From Giardia intestinalis (lineage: Eukaryota): a stretch of 64,000 nucleotides of DNA. Both the position numbers and the translations under genes were made by a program. The notes beneath the pieces are model-generated. The model worked only from the letters and a program-made list of their open reading frames with translations, made no database searches and had not been told where the DNA came from. Below are positions 1 to 9,439 of the stretch, one piece after another; the first letter of the stretch is position 1; each line of letters opens with the position of its first letter. The stretch lies in the NCBI GenBank assembly GCA_000002435.2, contig CM018789.1; one strand, written 5' to 3'.

Positions 1-1
1 A

Positions 2-1129
2 TTGGAAGACTCGACCTCTAATAACCCAATCAGCCACTCAGAGATGGACAGACCCAGGAGTCTGCACAGACCAGGAGAAATGGAGGTTCTTAATATCCTT
101 TCAGACCCCGTGCGCTTGAGCGACACGTTGATAATTCGCAATCTTGTGAAAAGGTACAAAGACTTTAAGGCACTGTCAGGAATAGATATGTACATTGGCC
201 CTGGTGAATGTATATGCATTAATGGAATCAATGGGTCCGGCAAATCCACGTTGCTCCACTGTATTGTCCACCTGGAGCAGTACAGTAGCGGAAGGATCTC
301 ATATCCCAAAACTATTGGGTTTGTTTCGCAGTATAATACGTTGTGGGATAATCTTACAGCATCCCAGCATATCAAGCTCATGTTGAGAGCGCGGGGATTA
401 CCTACAACGGCTGCAAACGTCAGTGCTGCACTGGAAGAGGTCGGCTTGGGAGGTGTAGAGAAACGTAAGGTAGGACAGTTCTCCTACGGAATGAAGAGGC
501 GCACTTGTCTCGCCATGGCCCTTGCTGGAAGGCCCTCTCTATTTCTGCTCGACGAGGTTACGTCTGGGGTCGATCCTGGCTCAAAGGAGAAAATTTGGGC
601 AGTCATTCAAAGACAACAGCAACAGAGGTCTGCGGTTGTACTAACGTCGCACTCCATCCGCGAGTGTGAGATCCTGGGCACTCGGATAGTCATAATGGGC
701 GCAGGAAAGGTGGCAGCTGTAGGGTCCTCAAGCGAGCTTAAAAACTCGCATGTATATGGCTATTCGTTAACTGTAGAAGCTGTGCATACGGATGGGATAA
801 CGTCTGAACAAGTCATGCACAATATTCATGCATCCGGGGTCCTTGATGGTGTATCGGACGCCGCTGCAGCCCTTGCGCTGGCAGAGGCCGACTCTGTCCA
901 CGGAAAGCCGAGGGTGGGGAAGATCAAGCTCCGCCAGGTCACGGGCAGGATCGTGATCGTGGAGCTTCCGAAGCTGCCCCTCCCGGCTGTGGCGGCTGTC
1001 TACCGGGGGATAAAGGCGCTGGAGGCAGTCAGATCTGTGGCCCTCCGCTCCCCCAACCTGGAGCCCATATTCACCGAGTACGCCCTCCTCAGCGAGAGGA
1101 AGGATGACGGGTCCCCGGTGTCCCTGTAG
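2..1129 (+). CDS. ABC transporter, C-terminal nucleotide-binding domain (ABCA-like), 5'-partial
   Basis: Walker A GINGSGKSTLL, ABC signature FSYGMKRRTCLAMALAG, Walker B LFLLDEVTSGVD. The ORF runs off the window start. The Ala-rich C-terminal tail lies in the GC-rich island. The gene converges on and overlaps the next gene by 41 nt. Confidence 0.85.
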   Translation: MEDSTSNNPISHSEMDRPRSLHRPGEMEVLNILSDPVRLSDTLIIRNLVKRYKDFKALSGIDMYIGPGECICINGINGSGKSTLLHCIVHLEQYSSGRISYPKTIGFVSQYNTLWDNLTASQHIKLMLRARGLPTTAANVSAALEEVGLGGVEKRKVGQFSYGMKRRTCLAMALAGRPSLFLLDEVTSGVDPGSKEKIWAVIQRQQQQRSAVVLTSHSIRECEILGTRIVIMGAGKVAAVGSSSELKNSHVYGYSLTVEAVHTDGITSEQVMHNIHASGVLDGVSDAAAALALAEADSVHGKPRVGKIKLRQVTGRIVIVELPKLPLPAVAAVYRGIKALEAVRSVALRSPNLEPIFTEYALLSERKDDGSPVSL

Positions 1130-2543
1130 AGGGGCTAGTGTGAACATGTTTTTCGAGGTAGTCGTCAATGCCCAGCGTCTCCCCGCTGGTGGTCAACACC
1201 CGTGTGTTCTCTCCGCAGACGGCCGGGTTGATGTGCGGGTTGTGGAGCTCCGAGATCTGGCTCGAGCATGCCTGGGCAGGGTCGCCGGAGGAGGAGAGGG
1301 CGCCGTCCCAGAACTCGTTCCCCGGGAGCGCGTTCCCGTCCCACGCGTACGAGACCACCAGGAGCTTGCCTCTGTGCTCCGCCGGCAGGCTGTCGTGGGG
1401 GTTTCGCCTGGAGAAGCGCACGCGGATGTGCTCGTAGGTCGCCCGGGGGAGGGCCTGGGCGGTGAACCACGCAAAGTCCAGGTCGCTTATGCCCGCGAGA
1501 CGCCCTGCCAGCCTTGCGAGGCAGCGGGCGAAGGTCTCGAGGAAGACGGGCTCCTGGGCCGGAGACAGCGCCCAGACGCCCAGCCCGATCCCGACAACGT
1601 GAACGTAGGCCCTCGTGCCGGCGCGGGTGGCGCGGGAGTGTGCCTCCAGCAAAAGGGTCTCGAAGGAGATCGCCAGCCTTGCAGAGTACGCCTGCCTATT
1701 CAGATACAGGTCCCCGATCGGAAGGTACTTGTCGGAATCTGCGCTGCTCCTAACCCGGTCGTACAGCGGAAGGCACGGGAGACCGTAGAGCTCGGCCCAC
1801 ATCTGCCTCCACGAAGCGGCCGCCGTGGGCTCTCCGGAGGGCTCTCCATACCCGCGCGCCCTAACGTTCTGGTCCTTGGAGACGACGACCTCCTCCCACT
1901 CCATGACGCCCTCCTTTTCCAGGCGAGGGCCGATGAGCCCGATCACAACCCCGTGGCTCTGGACGGCCTCGCGAGACGGCACCGGAACGCCCCTGTTCTC
2001 CCGGGACCCGTTGTTGATAAACACGCTGTACGAGCTGACCGACAGGAGCGCAGAGAGCTTGATCTCGTCGTAGGTCAAGCGCTCTGGCAGCGAGCCCCCG
2101 CCCCAGCCGCGCCCCCGCGTGCCGTCCAGTAGCGTGAAGGAGTCCTCGCAGCCGTAGAAGGATACCGCTCTTTTTGTGAGGAGGCGGTGGACAAGCGCGG
2201 TGACGGTCATGCCGCGATACAGCTCCCTCTCGGAAGGCGTTCCGTGGCGGGCCTTGTGGCGGAGGAAGCTGGCGTAGAGGCGCACCGCAGACTCGTGAAG
2301 CAGGGGGTACGCGGACTCGGCGAAGGCCGACAGCTGCTGCGGAGAGGCCACGCCGCGCTGGAGAAGGTACTGGCAGCGGACAGTCTGGACCGGAAAGGGC
2401 ACGGAAAACCGGGCGCTCCTGGACATGAGCGCCGCCAGCAGGGGGCATTGATCCGCCCGTGGCTGCTCTCCCAGCGGCTCTGCAGTGCTAATCATTTTAT
2501 CTTGGCGCTCACGGTCCCGAGGCGCCAAGCTGTGGGGTGCCAC
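1089..2543 (-). CDS. hypothetical protein of about 468 aa; very GC-rich, function unknown
   Basis: Long minus-strand ORF. The first ATG with an A-rich context (AAGATAAAATG) is at 2495; the track start at 2543 is probably a non-ATG codon. Local GC is about 67% versus about 45% in neighbouring genes. I recognise no motif confidently. Confidence 0.6.
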   Translation of the reverse strand: MAPHSLAPRDRERQDKMISTAEPLGEQPRADQCPLLAALMSRSARFSVPFPVQTVRCQYLLQRGVASPQQLSAFAESAYPLLHESAVRLYASFLRHKARHGTPSERELYRGMTVTALVHRLLTKRAVSFYGCEDSFTLLDGTRGRGWGGGSLPERLTYDEIKLSALLSVSSYSVFINNGSRENRGVPVPSREAVQSHGVVIGLIGPRLEKEGVMEWEEVVVSKDQNVRARGYGEPSGEPTAAASWRQMWAELYGLPCLPLYDRVRSSADSDKYLPIGDLYLNRQAYSARLAISFETLLLEAHSRATRAGTRAYVHVVGIGLGVWALSPAQEPVFLETFARCLARLAGRLAGISDLDFAWFTAQALPRATYEHIRVRFSRRNPHDSLPAEHRGKLLVVSYAWDGNALPGNEFWDGALSSSGDPAQACSSQISELHNPHINPAVCGENTRVLTTSGETLGIDDYLEKHVHTSPSTGTPGTRHPSSR

Positions 2544-2789
2544 GACGGCAGAGGAGGCGCACAGCTCTGACCGCCTCTAGGGCACAGGGTTGCAAATATT
2601 GTAGGTTTGTGTAGAAGGCGGAATTACCTAAGCCGCATTAGATAATCCGTGATCCATTTCTCATCTTGCCAGATAGTGCTACTTTGGATCAGGAGATGGA
2701 CAAAGTCCAGCATTAGTTCGTACCAGCAGCACAATATATGATGGCCATTGTATAGAGTACTGCCCTAAAACACAATCTATTCCAGTAGG

Positions 2790-5696
2790 TCACTTTACAC
2801 TGATACCCCTTTTGGAGTACTTTTCCAACTTCCAATCAGCGTGATCGCGTGTCGAAACCCTTGGAGCGCATACGGAGATAGTGTTATTCTTTTTGCTATA
2901 CATTGTAGAGTTCAGTACAGAAGCCGTGCCATATTTTACTAGATTTTCTCTTGTAACACCACAGTTAACAGAGGAATCGGATGCAGTGCGAAAGCGAGCC
3001 TTGATTTGCTCTCTTGTCTTTACAACATCCCGAATATCAACATACACAGCGGAGTGCTTGGTATTGCTTCCTCCGAATGGGATCAGGTTGGGGCCATAGA
3101 CGGAGGTGAGCTGCCATGAGTCTAGAATCTTACGCTCCCTTTTATTCGATGCAAACTTTTCGTACCTGAGCAAAGCGTTCTTTTCAAAGAAGTTTAGGGG
3201 CCCTTGATGAGTGCCCGCCGTACTACTATTAGTCTCTAGTTTATGTGCTCTCATATGCACCACTCCAGAAGGTACTTCCTTGCAGATATTACTAATCTGT
3301 GTCTTAGACTTCTTAAGCAGTGGTGCGCTATTCAATTCGCATATCTTTGTGTTTATCATTTCGTTAGTAAAGTCTTCTTGCACAGCGGTAGATTCGATTG
3401 GGAGATTACTTTTCATTAAAAGCGAGTGACGATGAATAGTCTTTCCTGTATCAACAGCTCGTATATTCGAGCTAACTATGCTGTGGGATAGAATCTTATC
3501 AGGCACCTGATCCTGAAGCGTCCTGGCAAGGCTGCGAACAGCGCCTCTGAAGGAAATAGTGGTGTTGTTCAAACTAGGCAAGGATGGCTGCACGGTCGTT
3601 AAGTCGTGTTGACGACGCTCAGAGGATACTGAATCTAACATGCTAAGTGTCAGTTTTGGTGCAGCTTTACCAGTTGTTTCATATAACTCGTGTGGCTGGT
3701 AGTCGTCAGTTGGGGCGTGTGCACAGCTTTCACGTTGAATACCTAAATTAGCGAGAGATTCGTCGTTCTCAACTTGTTTGCCTGCCTCTACGTTGTTGTC
3801 AATGGTATACGATCGTTCCATCCCAGCCCGTGAATTGGGCTTTGCAACTGTACCGCTGTGGTAACCCTTTGAGGCAGAGGATAGTTGGGAAAGACCTTCC
3901 AAGTGGAAAGTGCTGCCTTCTCCATCCTCAGTACCATGCCTTGCTTTTGAATACCTAACGAGTTCGTTGCTAGAAATGGGTTTATCTAATGAGAGCCGCT
4001 TAAATCCTAAGTCTTTGCATTCAAGAACATAATTTCTTTTCACAAACGCATCTTGGGAGTATACCTTATCAATAGCTTTCCTCGTATGGACAATGCAATG
4101 GTCATGAGCTGGCTGCATATAAAGCGTCGCAGATCCATCTACTGCGTTGGCTATGATTACCCCATCCACGTGCCTATCTAGTATAAAGGACTTATACGTG
4201 GTTGAGCCATTATATGAAGTACTAATCGGGAGCATGTTTGCCAGGGCAATCGGAATGGAGACGTCTATTTGCATGTGATTTGTAAATCGTGAGAGAACAG
4301 CCTCATAGTTACCATCAAAGGTTGCCTTTTCGTGAATTGCAGCATCTGGTCCTAGTGGGACCATACTCTGTCTCAGGGACTTAGATTCTACCGCGCACTT
4401 GTCAAGCACGCCAGGAGTCAACAATCTCTTTCGGAAGGTTGCCAAACATGATCTGTAAGTAGCGCTATTCTCATCTACTGGAACGTCAGTATTATAATAT
4501 AGTTGAGATTTTACAAGGTGCTTGGTATCGCCGCTGGATTCGTTGCTGGCCTCCAATCTGTACTCTGCTAAGACCTCATAGAGAAGCTCCTCATAATCAC
4601 TGTCCGAAAAGCTCATGTCACTTCTTGGCTCGGCAAACGTGACCATGTCGCTGTGCCATGAACAGTCTTCCTTGACCCTGTTATAAAGGCAATCTTCCGC
4701 TAGTATGGAATCACTAATAGCAAGGGTGTCATCCAGTCTGCACTCCTTAATGGAAACTTCAGGAGATGACCCCAGCATAGCTTTTTCTGCTGGACTAATA
4801 GCCTTCTCTGAACGTTCACAAATGACTGTGTCAATAGCCTCAGGATTAATACAACTAGCCAGCGTGTCAATATCTAACAAAATTTGATTCTCATTGTCTG
4901 CAGGCTCTCTTTGCTGGAATGCGTCAGAGCTCCGGCATGCTGAAGCGCAGTCGGAGGAGTGCTTTAGATAGGCATCAGGCGGTGTCAGTGTGCTGAAATC
5001 CATCTTCTTAGCATCAGAAGCACGGGGAGCCGTCGGCGTGTAAGAGATAGGAGTCATGATACTAGGTCTTCTACTGGTATTTGCACTGCTAGTAAGTAGG
5101 GTATCTATGGTTAAATTATTGAGCTGGTCAAGATCTTTTCGGCTTAAGGAGCCGCGGCTCCGTGCAAACCGTTTGAGCCTCTCTAAAGAGGTAGAGGTCG
5201 GTTTGGTTATCAAAGACCCCTTTCCGGCCATATCTATTTCCTCCTTCTCCAGTAAACACTGCTCTGGCTCCAATTCATCTGGATGAAGGCTGTTTTCTGA
5301 TTCAGATAGGATCCGGAGTATCGCCATTTGCTCTGCTAATGATGCAGAGTTGCGGACAGAGTCTTTTACTATAATACCAACTGAGTTGCGCCAGTGCATT
5401 AGTTCGGGGGGAAGGTCGATTCCATGCATGCTGACCACTTGTGGTTTAAGTTTCTCTATCACTTCCTCGTTGAAAAGCGTGGACATGTACTCTTCTGAAA
5501 CCATTTTTGATGAAAGCGTAAACAAAACCCGGGCCTTTTCAAACTTGTCTACCGTCGCTTTCTGATGTTTCAACGTCAGACCCTGATTGTAATAAAAAAG
5601 CTCGGGCCGGAGGAGAAGGGTTCCGTCTGCATACTTATTATCCATTCCCAGATCCGTCAGTTTGGGTAAGGGCCCGTGAGCCTCATCCATGCCCAC
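2790..5696 (-). CDS. hypothetical Ser-rich protein (968 aa)
   Basis: Uninterrupted 2.9 kb ORF with low-complexity Ser/Thr-rich segments and no recognised domain. Confidence 0.6.
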   Translation of the reverse strand: MGMDEAHGPLPKLTDLGMDNKYADGTLLLRPELFYYNQGLTLKHQKATVDKFEKARVLFTLSSKMVSEEYMSTLFNEEVIEKLKPQVVSMHGIDLPPELMHWRNSVGIIVKDSVRNSASLAEQMAILRILSESENSLHPDELEPEQCLLEKEEIDMAGKGSLITKPTSTSLERLKRFARSRGSLSRKDLDQLNNLTIDTLLTSSANTSRRPSIMTPISYTPTAPRASDAKKMDFSTLTPPDAYLKHSSDCASACRSSDAFQQREPADNENQILLDIDTLASCINPEAIDTVICERSEKAISPAEKAMLGSSPEVSIKECRLDDTLAISDSILAEDCLYNRVKEDCSWHSDMVTFAEPRSDMSFSDSDYEELLYEVLAEYRLEASNESSGDTKHLVKSQLYYNTDVPVDENSATYRSCLATFRKRLLTPGVLDKCAVESKSLRQSMVPLGPDAAIHEKATFDGNYEAVLSRFTNHMQIDVSIPIALANMLPISTSYNGSTTYKSFILDRHVDGVIIANAVDGSATLYMQPAHDHCIVHTRKAIDKVYSQDAFVKRNYVLECKDLGFKRLSLDKPISSNELVRYSKARHGTEDGEGSTFHLEGLSQLSSASKGYHSGTVAKPNSRAGMERSYTIDNNVEAGKQVENDESLANLGIQRESCAHAPTDDYQPHELYETTGKAAPKLTLSMLDSVSSERRQHDLTTVQPSLPSLNNTTISFRGAVRSLARTLQDQVPDKILSHSIVSSNIRAVDTGKTIHRHSLLMKSNLPIESTAVQEDFTNEMINTKICELNSAPLLKKSKTQISNICKEVPSGVVHMRAHKLETNSSTAGTHQGPLNFFEKNALLRYEKFASNKRERKILDSWQLTSVYGPNLIPFGGSNTKHSAVYVDIRDVVKTREQIKARFRTASDSSVNCGVTRENLVKYGTASVLNSTMYSKKNNTISVCAPRVSTRDHADWKLEKYSKRGISVK

Positions 5697-6918
5697 TATC
5701 CCTTTTGGATTTTATCTAACAAATTCGCTCATGGAATTATCGGAAAACCCTGCAACCCCGGCTGCCTTGCGGCAACGTGCGAGCCTTACCGGTCACTACC
5801 TGCCTAAGGTAAGGCATGAGGCGACTCACTCGAGACAAACCAAGCAGAAGACAATGGCAAATAGTGATGGGCCGAGAGGGTCTGTGCATGATTTTAATGG
5901 ATTTTTAGGACCGTCCACACATCAGAAGCATAAGTTCTGTCCTGAAGCCTCTGACGGTTCCCAACCCATGAGACGGCCACGGGATGTCAATATATTAAGT
6001 CATACCCTTCGTCAATGCCAACAGAGGATAGATCAGTTTCCACCGATCCAAGCAGGTCGTTGGCTTCAAACAGATCTTCGGCTGGCTATGGAGAAAGATG
6101 AAAAAAGCAAAGTTCCGGAAGAGATTAGTGATTTACGCCACAAGACCCAAAGTCCCAGCCATTCATTCGCTCAGTCCACAAATAAGAAGTCAAGCACAAC
6201 AGCCCATACTGCGATGAGCGTACAAAGAGTTCTCTCAGCGCATGATAGCCTACCGCCGAGTCCTCGCAGAGCCATATCACCTCCGTTTAAGACGCGGTTA
6301 ATCCGCGAAATGCTCCCAACAATGAACACTCACCAGGGACTGGTACCGAAGACAGACGCCTACAAACGTGGCTACCACACAGCGGGAGACTATTCTCCAT
6401 CTACGAAGAGAGTCATAGATGACTTAGACAAGGCGCGCTGTGACCTCATTCTTCTTCCCACTAATCAGAAGCTAAGCATACAAGAAGTTACTGCACAAAC
6501 GGATCGATATAAGCAAATAGCTGGCCACCGGACATTTTCGATTCGATTTGAGTCATCAGCAGATAATGCCTTGGAGGATGAGCCCTACCAGAGACGTCCC
6601 TACCTTTTACAAAAGTCTCCAGACAGGCGCAAACGGGCCCTGTCTCCGGCAGCATTTAATGCTACATTAGAAGAAATTCAATTCAAGCAGATGCACACCC
6701 TTCGGCACACAAGTAAAAACCTCTTTGCACGACCTGTTAATATAATAGATTTAGAACCTAGTAGCTCCGTGGAGAACACGGCTTCAGATATGCTCGAATG
6801 TGTTAAAGCATCACAATCAACGGGTAATTCTCAAGCCTCTAACTCAGAGCAATACAGCCCCAATATATGCCTTCCCTTGATGAATAACATGCCCTGTTCT
6901 TCATTTCCCATACTGTAA
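5689..6918 (+). CDS. hypothetical Ser/Pro-rich protein
   Basis: ORF of 409 codons. The likely true start is the ATG at 5731 (MELSENPA...). It lies head-to-head with the previous gene, with a spacer of about 34 bp. Confidence 0.5.
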   Translation: MPTIPFGFYLTNSLMELSENPATPAALRQRASLTGHYLPKVRHEATHSRQTKQKTMANSDGPRGSVHDFNGFLGPSTHQKHKFCPEASDGSQPMRRPRDVNILSHTLRQCQQRIDQFPPIQAGRWLQTDLRLAMEKDEKSKVPEEISDLRHKTQSPSHSFAQSTNKKSSTTAHTAMSVQRVLSAHDSLPPSPRRAISPPFKTRLIREMLPTMNTHQGLVPKTDAYKRGYHTAGDYSPSTKRVIDDLDKARCDLILLPTNQKLSIQEVTAQTDRYKQIAGHRTFSIRFESSADNALEDEPYQRRPYLLQKSPDRRKRALSPAAFNATLEEIQFKQMHTLRHTSKNLFARPVNIIDLEPSSSVENTASDMLECVKASQSTGNSQASNSEQYSPNICLPLMNNMPCSSFPIL

Positions 6919-6932
6919 GCTCGCCACCCGTG

Positions 6933-8096
6933 TCACGCGTCCATAAATCCACGACAGTTTGGCGCGTTGCAAAAGCACTGCAGTCGTATGTCTCCCTCCA
7001 TTTGCCGAAGGTGATAGTTATAGCAGAGCTCATCTCCGGGCGAAATGTTTTCGAGGGCACGTAGATACAGTCTATTTTCTATCACATGAACTTCACAGTT
7101 TGGTAAGCAGCTGTGATTGGCAAACCTGGCGGCGTTTCCAATGAAAGTTGCGTCTACGATGATCTCCTGGTTTGATGAAATGCTGAACATGTAAGTAGAA
7201 GTAAATCCCTTGCTGCTCAAGATGCGCTCCCTTTGGTTGGCCTGTTCCTTGTTGACAATCTCTCCCACATACTCGATGACGTTTTTTCCTCGCGGAATGT
7301 ACACTAGCGCAAAGAGCCCGTGCCCGTGAATCGAAGACTTCATGACACAGCAGCTCTGACCTAGCATGAGCCTGTGGCGCTCTTTCCAGGACATTGGTGG
7401 GCCAGGACCAATCTTGGCTGCATCGTGCTTAAGGTAACAATCGGTAAAGTTCTGGAGAGACCGTTCTAGATAGCAGCTAGGAAGAAGTCGGCCTTGCTGT
7501 CTCTGTATATGCCTTATCTTGCGATTGACAAAAGCTCTCGAGAAGTATGGAGGAGTGTGCTTTTGCTGAAAGTATACCTGATAATATAGCTCTACGGCTT
7601 GATCCATTCTCATGGCCAGTCGACTAAAGTGACACTCATCACCCTCTTCTGTGTCTGGCTCTCTGCTACCGTTATCGTGCTCAGTTTCCCGTTTGACGAT
7701 CTTCCACTGTGCATTCTGATATTCAAGGCAAAGCCGTCTAAAAGCTGTTGCTCGAAGAATGCGTGAGCAATGGTCAAATTTGGCAAGGCTTGCTTCTTTG
7801 AATGTGGCATAGCTTGCCTCTACCTCAGAAGGTGGTGATGTGTAAAAGACAACTATCTGGGTCCTGCCATGCCTTCTTCCTCGGATTGCTGCGTAGGTAA
7901 TGCTGGACATGTACGGAGTCGAGTGGAACTCCTTTAGTGCTTTTAATGTAACTAGATGGGGATTCTGCGTGGTGGTATCGAAAGTTAGAGCTTCCCTCGG
8001 CTCGTATGTAACGCTTTGCTCCCAAATCCCTAATGCACGCAAGGAAGATAGGTTCACAGAATACAAGGGAGGCATGCTCTTTCTTAAATCTTGCAA
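6933..8096 (-). CDS. SET-domain protein lysine methyltransferase
   Basis: Motifs GHGLFA...EYVGEIV, NHSCLPNCEV, ELCYNY, and a post-SET CFCNAPNCRG. The likely ATG is at 8075, with an A-rich context. Confidence 0.85.
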   Translation of the reverse strand: MQDLRKSMPPLYSVNLSSLRALGIWEQSVTYEPREALTFDTTTQNPHLVTLKALKEFHSTPYMSSITYAAIRGRRHGRTQIVVFYTSPPSEVEASYATFKEASLAKFDHCSRILRATAFRRLCLEYQNAQWKIVKRETEHDNGSREPDTEEGDECHFSRLAMRMDQAVELYYQVYFQQKHTPPYFSRAFVNRKIRHIQRQQGRLLPSCYLERSLQNFTDCYLKHDAAKIGPGPPMSWKERHRLMLGQSCCVMKSSIHGHGLFALVYIPRGKNVIEYVGEIVNKEQANQRERILSSKGFTSTYMFSISSNQEIIVDATFIGNAARFANHSCLPNCEVHVIENRLYLRALENISPGDELCYNYHLRQMEGDIRLQCFCNAPNCRGFMDA

Positions 8097-8097
8097 T

Positions 8098-9438
8098 TCA
8101 CTCTAACTGTTCAGCGCACAAAGCGCAAATATGTGCAATGCATGCTTGCAAGTCGCTATCGTACTCATAGCAGAACGGCTTAGGCTCCCCCAGCGAATAT
8201 CGTAACTCATATAAGCTTAGGCACGGAATGTAATGAGCCGCAATTCGGCGGAAATTTGAATTTAGCCACGGAGTAGCTAGGAGTGGACACCGAGCCACAA
8301 AAACAAATGCTGTGAACTGCTTGGCAAAGTTCCCTAGTTTGGCCTCATCAAGCTTGGGACCAAAGTAGCACAATTGTGCAGCAATGCCCTTTCTGCGGAG
8401 CACTTGCTTTAGTTCACGTGCGCCAGCCAGTGTCTCTGAGCGGGCATCCCCAATGATCAGCCCAACTGCTTCAAGTGAAAGTGGATTGATACAGTATTTC
8501 AGACGACTCTTGATGAGGTGCTTGTCATCTGCAAGCGCAGTGGAGATAAGCTTGCATATTTCAGGGGCCTCTACTGTGCTCAGCAGCGATGTCTGTGCGT
8601 CGATAAGTGTTAACTTCTCAATTGATACCTCAGAAGCAGTCGCCAGGATGGACAGGAAAAGGCGTAAGTAGCCTGGAAGTGCAAAGGACCGCACATTATC
8701 CAGAAAGTCTTCAACCATCTTAGTCCCTGCAGTGCACCCGGCATCTTCGTCGTCATCTTCTGACAGAAGAGAGTGCGACATAGCCACAGCGTGTTCTAAG
8801 GGTGTTTGCCCGTAAGACTCGACATAAATCGCGACATGCTTGATGCTTTGCTTTATATTGCCGCCTACTAATGGCAGCAGCCAGTTGTCCCCATTTACGC
8901 AGAGGCGGCGCCCCTTTGGGATTCCAGATATCCGTGCTTTCATCAAGAGGTGTTTTTCAAAGAGGAGAACGGCGTCCTCAGGGAGAGCCAGCCTGCTAGG
9001 GGCGTCTCCTTCTAAGACGTGGCCAGGATGAAGGGATGGTCGCCGTAAAAGGCCAATCAAGCTGCTCACACCGATCATCCCCTTCGATGACACATGGACC
9101 ACAGGGCACACTACGGAATCATAGGCTAATGGACAATAGATATCAATAGCAATGATGACGGGCTGCTTATGGTGAAGCGCACAATCAACGTTTAGGCAGC
9201 ACTCTGTGGGATGCATAATGGTAACGACTGCCCCTGGAAAGGTGGCTGTTATAAGGTTATATACAGTATCTACACAGCTGGATCCTAGAGTGTTACACTG
9301 GATGCAAGCAGTAGACCAGGTCTTGGTCGATAGCTCTGCGCGAAGTTGGACATGCCAAGGAACAATAGTCATTTTATTCGTGAAGCACTGAGGCATTTTT
9401 GAAGAGATCTGGTTTAACCTGTTCTCCACACCATTCAC
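8098..9438 (-). CDS. hypothetical protein
   Basis: ORF of 446 codons. The likely ATG is at 9396 (TCTTCAAAAATG). The product is Cys-containing; I cannot confirm a weak resemblance to the diphthamide-synthesis Dph1/2 family. Confidence 0.5.
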   Translation of the reverse strand: MNGVENRLNQISSKMPQCFTNKMTIVPWHVQLRAELSTKTWSTACIQCNTLGSSCVDTVYNLITATFPGAVVTIMHPTECCLNVDCALHHKQPVIIAIDIYCPLAYDSVVCPVVHVSSKGMIGVSSLIGLLRRPSLHPGHVLEGDAPSRLALPEDAVLLFEKHLLMKARISGIPKGRRLCVNGDNWLLPLVGGNIKQSIKHVAIYVESYGQTPLEHAVAMSHSLLSEDDDEDAGCTAGTKMVEDFLDNVRSFALPGYLRLFLSILATASEVSIEKLTLIDAQTSLLSTVEAPEICKLISTALADDKHLIKSRLKYCINPLSLEAVGLIIGDARSETLAGARELKQVLRRKGIAAQLCYFGPKLDEAKLGNFAKQFTAFVFVARCPLLATPWLNSNFRRIAAHYIPCLSLYELRYSLGEPKPFCYEYDSDLQACIAHICALCAEQLE

Positions 9439-9439
9439 T

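Noticed and set aside
1104-2448. Multiple long ORFs in all frames (1104-2132+ 342 aa, 1165-1470-, 1193-1474-, 1268-1465+, 1514-1753+, 1861-2448-, 2187-2570+)
   Set aside because: They are stacked on one another and on the 1089-2543 gene, inside the 67% GC island. High GC suppresses stop codons. Their translations are Arg/Pro/Gly-rich junk. Only the longest ORF, which has an A-rich ATG context, is credible.
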